NCBI GenBank assembly: GCA_045862955.1
Contig: BTVI01000047.1
Location: 1-21,342 of the forward strand
Direction of reading: 5' to 3'
DNA from: Fimbriimonadales bacterium
GTDB lineage: Bacteria > Armatimonadota > Fimbriimonadia > Fimbriimonadales > JABRVX01
Length of the DNA: 21,342 nt
The position numbers and the translations under genes are program-made. Position 1 is the stretch's first letter. The number at the start of each line of letters is the position of its first letter. The notes under the pieces were generated by a model. That model was not told where the DNA came from and did no database searches. It saw nothing but the letters and a program-made list of their open reading frames with translations. Shown piece by piece: positions 7,323 through 14,374 of this stretch.

Positions 7323-10300
7323 ATGGGGATTTGCTCCATCGGGGGTCGTCGGTGGCTGTTCGCCCTGACTTGCATCCTAGGTTCGGCTGCTGCGTGCACC
7401 GTTCAGGCCGGCTTTCAGGCTCGCCTTTGGTTCGAGAACCAGACCAAAGGAACGAGCAACTCCGGGCCTCTACTCGCTGAGGCCGGAGACCGCATCGCGA
7501 TCCGATTCAGCTTCACGGGGGACACAGGCAACGACAAATGGGCTGTCCTGCAGTTCATGATCGCCCTGGACGGCATTCGAGCGATCAGCGAACAGGAGGG
7601 GAACTCGTTCATCGGGCAGGCGGCCGCGAGCTTCCTCTCTGGCAGTTCGTTCCCTTCGAAGCTCTTCTGGCAGCTGAACAGCGGCGCGATTCACGACAAC
7701 GGACTCGACCCCGGGGATGTCACCGCGGCTCTCATCGCAAACCGCGGGCTGTATCTTCGAGTCACCGTAGACCAGAACAATCCGCAGGCCAGCAACTTCA
7801 CTGCCACCATCTTCCGCTTCACGGTGCAGCCCGGCAGCAGTGGGCAGCAGGTTCGTTGGACTTACGAGGGGCGCGACACGGCTACGGGTATCTCGACGCG
7901 CATCGTGCTACCGAACGGCGCCACGCAGCTCGTGACGAACAACTATGTCCAGGTGGTCGGCGGCATCCCTCAGGACTGGATTCGCAACCCGAACAACGGG
8001 CATCTCTACCGCACGACGATCACGCGCATGACATGGCGCGACGCGAGGCTGCTGGCCGCGTTGTGGGGCGGCTCGCTCGTCACGGTGAACGATGCCGCCG
8101 AGCAGAACTGGCTCATCAGTCAGTTCGGCTCTGCAGAGAACTTCCACATCGGCCTGCGAGACGTGAAGGCGGGCTTGGGTAAGTGGAGGTGGGAGACGGG
8201 CGAACCCGTCAACTACACGAACTGGGCACCCGGAGAACCGGGATCGAGCGCCTCCGAACCCGTGGTGCAGATGAAAGCGGGCACGAACGGGCAGTGGGAG
8301 AACGTGAGCCTCGCCACCACAGCCTATGGCATCGTAGAGCGCGTGCCGGGGATCGTCGAGACCCTGGAGGTGCCTGCGACGGGCGGATCGGTGGCATCCT
8401 CTCCTCTCCTGAACGGCCGCACCTACACCGTCGAGGCTTCGGGCGTGTATGTGTTCTCCGGTGACGGCGGGCTGGCGGATGCCGAGTTCTGGTCGCAGGG
8501 AGGGCAGAACTGGGATCAGACCTATTCAGGCGACCGGCTCGACCTGCTCGTCAACGGGCAGAGCATCGCCTGGCTCGGCTCGACAGACGGAGTGCGGTTC
8601 GCGGCGAACACCTTCTCGCCGAGCCACGTGTATCGCACCACCATCGTAGGCACGGGCGCTCCCGTGCAGTTCCGGCTCGACGACCCGACGCCGGAGGACA
8701 ACTTCGGGGGGCTCCAGGTTCGCATCTACGCGGGAGTGCCAGAGACCGGCGTACAGGCGGACGCGCCGTGGCCGCTCACCGAGGCCGATCGTCACACCAC
8801 CGGCTACCTTCCGTGGGCGGCTGCACCCGACAGCTACATTCTCGAGTGGTCCTTCCCCACAACCGGCAAGCCGTTGGTGGTCTCGGCGAGGGGAGACGTG
8901 TACTGCGCGCGAGGGAACACGCTCGAACAATTCACGAGCACTGGTATCCGCCAGAGCACGCTGGTAGTAGGCACGCAAGACATCACGGGTGCTGCGATCG
9001 GCGTGGACGGCACCGTGTATGTGGTGTGCGGGAACGAGTCGATCAGTGCGCTGAGTGCCGATCTGTCGCAAGTCTACTGGACGCAGCCCGGAGGCGGGTA
9101 CTGTGGTCTCACGATCGACCGTGATGGCAACCTGTACTATGGCGGCTGGTTCGGCGACGGACGCATCTACTCCCGACAGTCCAACGGGGTCCTGCGGTGG
9201 AGCATCAACCTGCTCACCACGTTGCGTCGCGGCGTGTCCATCGGGCCGGATGGGAAGGTGTATTTCTCTGCGGCGAATGGCAATACCGTATACGCGGTGA
9301 GGCCGGACGGCACCCACGTGGAAATGATCGACGCGGGCAGACCCGGCTCGCTGCCGCCCGTGTTCGCATCCGACGGCACCGCGTACCTCACGCCATTCGA
9401 CGGCTACTTCCAATGCTTCAACCCCAACTGGTCGCTGCGGTGGGAGTACATCATAGACGGAGCGTACGGCGCACCGTCGGTGTTGCCGAATGGACGTGTT
9501 ACCGCCGCGGGATTCATGGACTCCGCGCTGTACAGCTTCGACCCGGACGGAACGCTGCTCTGGCTGGTGGACCAGTTCTCGATGGGTGACGAGCGGGTGA
9601 GAACGGATGCCGTAGGTACGGCGATGAACGTGAACTGGACTCACACCATCTGGGCAGTCGACTACTTGGGTGAGACGCTGTTCACGGCGGACTTCGACGG
9701 CACGCGCATCCCCCCGAGCCACATCATGGGTGCGGACGGGACCATATACGTGAACATGGACAGCACCTTGATGGCAATCGGGCCCGGAGTGCCCGTACCG
9801 CAGGAAACCTTCGTGGTCATCAACGATCTGCTGAGCCAGGCCGGCGCGACAGTGACCCTGCAGGCACGGCTGGCTCTGGCGAGAAACGGAGGCGGCCTGA
9901 GCGGTAGGCCCGTTCAGTTCAAGGTGGGTGGCGTGACCGTGGGCAACACATCCACGGACTGGCGCGGCATCGCTTCGCTCAACTACACCATCCCTGCCCA
10001 GACCGAATCGGGACCCATCACCATCGAGGCCATCGCAGCGAGCGATGACCGGGCCTGGGGTTCGTCCGCGAGCGGGAAACTGTGGGTCACACCGAAGCTC
10101 TCGACTGTATCGGGGATCGTCGAGCTGCAGTTCTACTTCGCCTCTCGGGCGGGTGTGCCGATTGCTTTCGAGGTGCTCGACGGCCAGACGGTCGTTGCCC
10201 GCGCGACCGGAGTGCTGAACTCCGTCGGTCTGTACACGATTGCGGTTCCCGTGAAGGGCACCTACTCGTTGCGGGCGAAGGGGCCGACCTGGCTGAGCCA

Positions 10301-10529
10301 TCGCGTGGACGGCGTGGTGTTCGACCCGGACACTCCCGCGCTGTCGAGCTACTCGCTGATCAATGGCGATGCGGACGGGGATAACGTCGTAGGCCTAGGT
10401 GACCTCAATGTCATCCTGCTGAATTTTCAGAAGTCGGGAACGGCACCCGGTGACTTGGACGGCTCACGACAGGTGGACCTCACCGACGTTACCATCGCGC
10501 TGCTCTCCTTCGCAAAGTCCGGGACCTAG
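7323..10529 (+). CDS. Large secreted multidomain surface protein: cohesin-like, C-type lectin, beta-sandwich, PQQ-like beta-propeller, Ig-like and dockerin-like domains
   Basis: ATG 7323 after AAGGGAG. Signal peptide (RRWLFALTCILGSAAACTVQA). C-type lectin motifs NGHLY, TWRDA, GGSLVTVNDAAEQNWL and WRWETGEPVNYTNWAPGEP (~7974-8345). Repeated IG.DGTVY / G.L.W propeller blades (~8760-9780). C-terminal GDADGDNVVGLGDL...GDLDGSRQVDLTD duplicated EF-hand-like loops (~10360-10515). Confidence 0.85.
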   Translation: MGICSIGGRRWLFALTCILGSAAACTVQAGFQARLWFENQTKGTSNSGPLLAEAGDRIAIRFSFTGDTGNDKWAVLQFMIALDGIRAISEQEGNSFIGQAAASFLSGSSFPSKLFWQLNSGAIHDNGLDPGDVTAALIANRGLYLRVTVDQNNPQASNFTATIFRFTVQPGSSGQQVRWTYEGRDTATGISTRIVLPNGATQLVTNNYVQVVGGIPQDWIRNPNNGHLYRTTITRMTWRDARLLAALWGGSLVTVNDAAEQNWLISQFGSAENFHIGLRDVKAGLGKWRWETGEPVNYTNWAPGEPGSSASEPVVQMKAGTNGQWENVSLATTAYGIVERVPGIVETLEVPATGGSVASSPLLNGRTYTVEASGVYVFSGDGGLADAEFWSQGGQNWDQTYSGDRLDLLVNGQSIAWLGSTDGVRFAANTFSPSHVYRTTIVGTGAPVQFRLDDPTPEDNFGGLQVRIYAGVPETGVQADAPWPLTEADRHTTGYLPWAAAPDSYILEWSFPTTGKPLVVSARGDVYCARGNTLEQFTSTGIRQSTLVVGTQDITGAAIGVDGTVYVVCGNESISALSADLSQVYWTQPGGGYCGLTIDRDGNLYYGGWFGDGRIYSRQSNGVLRWSINLLTTLRRGVSIGPDGKVYFSAANGNTVYAVRPDGTHVEMIDAGRPGSLPPVFASDGTAYLTPFDGYFQCFNPNWSLRWEYIIDGAYGAPSVLPNGRVTAAGFMDSALYSFDPDGTLLWLVDQFSMGDERVRTDAVGTAMNVNWTHTIWAVDYLGETLFTADFDGTRIPPSHIMGADGTIYVNMDSTLMAIGPGVPVPQETFVVINDLLSQAGATVTLQARLALARNGGGLSGRPVQFKVGGVTVGNTSTDWRGIASLNYTIPAQTESGPITIEAIAASDDRAWGSSASGKLWVTPKLSTVSGIVELQFYFASRAGVPIAFEVLDGQTVVARATGVLNSVGLYTIAVPVKGTYSLRAKGPTWLSHRVDGVVFDPDTPALSSYSLINGDADGDNVVGLGDLNVILLNFQKSGTAPGDLDGSRQVDLTDVTIALLSFAKSGT

Positions 10530-10537
10530 TCGGGTTT

Positions 10538-10559
10538 GGGCGGCCCGCCTGGGCCGCCC
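10538..10559 (+). terminator. GC hairpin just after the surface protein gene
   Basis: GGGCGGCCC-gcct-GGGCCGCCC, 8 nt after the stop; weak U tract. Confidence 0.45.
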
Positions 10560-10560
10560 C

Positions 10561-10591
10561 TTGACCCCCACACACGGATGGGCGCTATGAT
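10561..10591 (+). promoter_or_regulatory. Possible sigma70 promoter for the isomerase gene
   Basis: TTGACC (10561-10566) and TATGAT (10586-10591), but the spacer is a long 19 nt. Confidence 0.3.
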
Positions 10592-10633
10592 AGCGGCTCC
10601 GCGCGACCCGATCGCGCGGCCGAGGGGGGTGCC

Positions 10634-11425
10634 ATGAAGCTGCTGGTATTTCGCGCGCTTTGGGGAATGGAGGGCTCGCCGCAAGACGTAGTCCGGCGTA
10701 TTGCCGACGCCGGTTACGACGGTGTCGAGGGCGTTCCGGAGGGTGTAGGACGGGCCGACTGGACGGCGATGCTGAGCGACCATGGGCTGAAGCTGATTGC
10801 TCAGATCTTCACCGACTCGGGTGAGGATTTCGCAAGCGAGCTGGCGCGCGCGGTCGAGTATGGGCCTCTACGCGTGAACGTGCATAGTGGCCGCGATGCG
10901 ATGTCGCGAGACGAGGGCTGCGCCTACTTCGAGCGCGCAGTGGCCGAGGAGGAGAAGTACGGCATCCCCGTGGCCCACGAGACGCACAGGGGAAGGCTGT
11001 TCTTTACACCTTGGGACACGGCTTACTACCTGCGGCGGTTTCCGACCCTACGCGTGTGCGCCGACTTCAGCCACTGGGTGACGGTGTGCGAGCGCATGCC
11101 GAACGACCAGGCCGAGGCGCTCCGTCTCGCGTGCGAGCGAGCGGTGCACATCCACGGAAGAGTGGGTATGGAAGAAGGCCCTCAGGTACCTCACCCCGCG
11201 GCGCCCGAGTACGAGCGGTACGTGCTGTGGCACGAGAAGCAGTGGGACGCGATCCGTGCGGCCCACGAGGCGCGACGTGAAGAAGTGCTTACCTTCACGC
11301 CGGAGTTCGGGCCTCCCGGCTACATGCACACTCTTCCTTTTACGGACGTGCCGGTCGCTGATCTGTGGCAGGTATGCCTTTGGAGCGCCCACCGCCTACG
11401 CGAGCGCTGGTCGGACTTGGCCTAG
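10634..11425 (+). CDS. Sugar phosphate isomerase/epimerase (xylose-isomerase-like TIM barrel, AP_endonuc_2 family)
   Basis: AGYDGVE, HSGRD, HETHRGR, ADFSHW, HIHGRVG and TPEFGPP motifs; GAGGGG RBS. Confidence 0.88.
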   Translation: MKLLVFRALWGMEGSPQDVVRRIADAGYDGVEGVPEGVGRADWTAMLSDHGLKLIAQIFTDSGEDFASELARAVEYGPLRVNVHSGRDAMSRDEGCAYFERAVAEEEKYGIPVAHETHRGRLFFTPWDTAYYLRRFPTLRVCADFSHWVTVCERMPNDQAEALRLACERAVHIHGRVGMEEGPQVPHPAAPEYERYVLWHEKQWDAIRAAHEARREEVLTFTPEFGPPGYMHTLPFTDVPVADLWQVCLWSAHRLRERWSDLA

Positions 11426-11456
11426 GCCGTCTGCGCCTCTACGACTTGGGCGGCGG

Positions 11457-11715
11457 AGGCACATTTATGCCACGGCCCGCGTCCCGGTCGGCTGAGGCTG
11501 CCCTTCCTCCTGCCGCGAACCCAGGGACCGCGCCGGGGCTTAGAGCGGGAGAGCGCCTCGACGTTCGGCCGCTGGGTCGGTGGTGGGTGTGCGGCTCGAG
11601 CTACCCGACAGCCGAAACGTCGAGGCATGGGAAGGCACGTTTATGCCACGGCCCGCGTCCCGGCCGGCTGAGGCAACCCGTCCTCCTGCCGCGAACCCAG
11701 GGACCGCGCCGGGGC
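11457..11715. repeat. Two 83-nt direct repeats, each an imperfect hairpin, separated by another long hairpin
   Basis: Copies at 11457-11539 and 11633-11715 with 5 mismatches. The spacer has inverted arms GCCTCGACGTT-CGGC (11555-11569) and GCCG-A-AACGTCGAGGC (11611-11626). Confidence 0.9.
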
Positions 11716-11871
11716 AGAGAGACCGAGCTTCCTTTGCAGGAAGCGGCGGAGGCATCAATAGAGCGCGAGCAGGCGCAAGCAAGGCCCACGGCGCCCCCGG
11801 GCGCGATGGAAGGAGACTCGCGACAGGTGGAGAACTGGTTCCGCCGGTGCCTGGAGCGCGGAGGTTTTTTC

Positions 11872-12822
11872 GTGGGCTACCTTTCTGAGTTTATCGCTCT
11901 CATCGAGCGCTTGCGCAAGTGCGCTGAGACGCACAAGGAGTACCTGGCCAACAATGAGGCCGCGACGCGCGCCTGCCTCGTAGACCCCGTCTTGCGCATC
12001 CTCGGCTGGGACGTATCGGACCCGGAGCAGGTGCGGGTGGAGTACAAGGTCGAGGGCAAGTCGGCGGACTATGCTCTCCTGCGGGACGCCAAGCCCCACA
12101 TCTTGATTGAAGCAAAGAGCCTCGGTGCCAAGATCAAGGACGACTTCTGGCAACTCGCCGTCTATGCGGCTCGCACCGGTGCGGCTTTGGGAGTGATGAC
12201 GAACGGCGACGAATGGGTGTTCCTGGACCCCACTGACACCTCTCGCCCGAAGAGAGCCAGCGTCAAGTTGCTCAGCCAGGAGATCCGGTCTCTGACGCTC
12301 GACCTAGTGACCCATCTCGACGCCGCTGATGACGCTACGGACTCCCGTACCCTGCCGCTGGGTTGCTCAAGCCAAGAAGCAATCCACGGTGACAAAGCCG
12401 AGAACATCGGGAAAAGCGAGCTTGAGCGGACCACGCCAGTAGTTTCATTAACTGTGCTAGCTGCCGTACTTCGAGATGCTGGAGGGAAGAGCAAGGATCT
12501 GCCCCTGAGGAAGCTTATCTGGCCCGACGGGCGAGAGGTTCCTATTCGGAACACCACTGAACTCCTGCGCGAAGTGGCAAAGAGCGTGGTGGGGTCACTG
12601 CTATTACCACTACCCGACGTCGCCGGCAAGAAGCGCTTCATCCTCGCAGAGCAACCTGTTCATAAGGATGGTAGACCGTTCAAGCACATCTCTTCTGTAG
12701 GCGGGCGGTACCTGGAGACGAACTATTCAGCACACAACTGCATCCGGAACGCCATTCACCTGCTAAGAGAAGCGAGGCTCGACCCCGAAAGTTTGAAGGT
12801 AGAACTGCAGAGGAAGCCTTAG
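11872..12822 (+). CDS. Stand-alone HsdR N-terminal-type PD-(D/E)XK nuclease fused to an uncharacterised C-terminal domain
   Basis: NEAATR..LVDPVL..LGWD, V.VEY, ADYAL, IEAK and GVMTNG.EW match the type I restriction HsdR_N domain. Probable start is GTG 11872 after GGAGG (316 aa). No helicase motor. Confidence 0.85.
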   Translation: MGYLSEFIALIERLRKCAETHKEYLANNEAATRACLVDPVLRILGWDVSDPEQVRVEYKVEGKSADYALLRDAKPHILIEAKSLGAKIKDDFWQLAVYAARTGAALGVMTNGDEWVFLDPTDTSRPKRASVKLLSQEIRSLTLDLVTHLDAADDATDSRTLPLGCSSQEAIHGDKAENIGKSELERTTPVVSLTVLAAVLRDAGGKSKDLPLRKLIWPDGREVPIRNTTELLREVAKSVVGSLLLPLPDVAGKKRFILAEQPVHKDGRPFKHISSVGGRYLETNYSAHNCIRNAIHLLREARLDPESLKVELQRKP

Positions 12823-14282
12823 CCCTTCACAACCCCGATCGGCCTCAGGCGGGCGACGCGGCGGGAGATGCCGACCGCCTCGCACACTTCGACCACGTCG
12901 GCAACGTCCTTATAGGCGTAGCTGGCCTCCTCGGCAATCAGGCCCTTATCCTTCGCGCGCATGTAGATGCCCTGCTGCTCCATCCAGCGTGTCACGTCCG
13001 ACGAGGCCATGGTCTGCTTCGCCTTGTTTCGGCTCATCAGCCTGCCCGCCCCGTGGCATGTGGAGCCGAAGGTCTCGCGCATCGCCTGTTCCGTTCCCAC
13101 TAACAAGTAGGAGTAGCGCCCCATGTCGCCCGGGATAAGCACCGGCTGGCCGACGTGCCGATACCTCGCAGCCACTGCGGGGTTGCCCGGTCCGAACGCA
13201 CGCGTCGCGCCCTTTCGGTGCACCCACACACGTCGCTCCTTGCCATCCACCACGTGCGTTTCGTGCTTGGCGATGTTATGTGCCACGTCGTACACCTGCC
13301 GAATGCCCAGCTTCTTCGCCTGGCTCTTGAACACCTTCTTGAACGCCTCGCGCACCCAGTGCGCAATCGCCTGGCGGTTCGCGAGCGCGAAGTTGGCGGC
13401 ACATGCCATCGCTGTTAGGTATCGCTGCCCCTCTGGCGACTTGACCGGTGCACAAGCCAGCTGCCTATCGGGAAGCTCGATGTCATAGCGCTTGATGGCA
13501 CTCTGCATCTCGTCCAGATTGTCCTGGCACGTCTGATGGCCGAAGCCGCGCGAGCCGGTGTGGATCATCACGCAGATCTGGCCGACGCGCTCGATCTCGA
13601 AGGCATGCGCAGCGGCCTCGTCGTAGATGTGATCCACTACCTGAATCTCTAAGAAGTGGTTGCCGCTTCCCAGCGATCCGATCTGTGGCTTGCCTCGCTC
13701 CATCGCGCGTTTGGTAACCGCGTCCGGATCGGCCCCTTCGACATGCCCTTGCTGCTCACTGCGTTCGAGGTCCTCTTCCCAACCGTAGTCGTTCTCGATC
13801 ATCCAGCGGGCGCCTTCGGTCAGCACCTTCTTGAGATCCGATGCGTCTAGCGCGATCTGACCGTGCCCGCCGAAGCCCGTCGGTACATCGCGAAAAATCT
13901 GGTCCACCAGTTCCTTGATCTTCGGCTTGACCTCGGACTCGGTCAGGTCGGTACGCAGCAGCCGCACGCCACAGTTAATGTCGAACCCCACGCCGCCGGG
14001 CGAGATCACACCGGTATCTGCGTCGGTGGCAGCCACCCCGCCAATCGCAAAGCCATAGCCCCAGTGGATGTCCGGCATGGCCATCGAACGGCCGACGATG
14101 CCCGGCAGAGCGGCGACGTTCGCCACCTGCTCGGGCGCCTTGTCCGCCAGGATGTGCTGGAGCAGCGATTCACTGGCGTAGATGATGCCGTCCGTGCGCA
14201 TCCAGGGCCGTGCGCTCTTCGGGATCAGCCACCGGTGATCGTCCAGCTTGTGAAGTAGCTTCTCGGTGTCGGACTCTGCCAT
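12819..14282 (-). CDS. rtcB: RNA-splicing/repair ligase RtcB (long form)
   Basis: MPDIHWGYGFAIGGV, GFDINCGVRL, GSLGSGNHFLE, HTGSRG, HRKGATRAF, STCHGAGR and EEA..AYKDV. Probable ATG start at 14282. Confidence 0.96.
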   Translation of the reverse strand: MAESDTEKLLHKLDDHRWLIPKSARPWMRTDGIIYASESLLQHILADKAPEQVANVAALPGIVGRSMAMPDIHWGYGFAIGGVAATDADTGVISPGGVGFDINCGVRLLRTDLTESEVKPKIKELVDQIFRDVPTGFGGHGQIALDASDLKKVLTEGARWMIENDYGWEEDLERSEQQGHVEGADPDAVTKRAMERGKPQIGSLGSGNHFLEIQVVDHIYDEAAAHAFEIERVGQICVMIHTGSRGFGHQTCQDNLDEMQSAIKRYDIELPDRQLACAPVKSPEGQRYLTAMACAANFALANRQAIAHWVREAFKKVFKSQAKKLGIRQVYDVAHNIAKHETHVVDGKERRVWVHRKGATRAFGPGNPAVAARYRHVGQPVLIPGDMGRYSYLLVGTEQAMRETFGSTCHGAGRLMSRNKAKQTMASSDVTRWMEQQGIYMRAKDKGLIAEEASYAYKDVADVVEVCEAVGISRRVARLRPIGVVKG

Positions 14283-14308
14283 GATCGTTCCACTCGGAGT
14301 TGGAGTCA

Positions 14309-14317
14309 AGGGTACCA
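14309..14317 (-). promoter_or_regulatory. Possible extended -10 promoter for rtcB
   Basis: Minus strand TG-G-TACCCT, about 26 nt upstream of the ATG, fitting TGnTAnnnT. Confidence 0.35.
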
Positions 14318-14374
14318 GACTCGGCACGTGGATGGTCTGTTCCCAGCGGCACTAACCGCTAGGATTTCCGCCCG

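Noticed and set aside
8526..10301. 591-aa antisense ORF
   Set aside because: A shadow of the GC-rich sense gene: Arg/His/Val-rich with no recognisable motifs.
11457..11715. HDV-like ribozyme or integron attC reading of the 83-nt repeat
   Set aside because: GTCCC/GGGAC and TCCTC words are present, but the nested P1/P3/P1.1 order cannot be built on either strand. There are no RYYYAAC/GTTRRRY ends and no integrase.
11365..11871. 169-codon N-terminal extension of the nuclease ORF
   Set aside because: It runs through the duplicated hairpin elements and overlaps the upstream gene; a clear GGAGG-GTG start lies at 11872.
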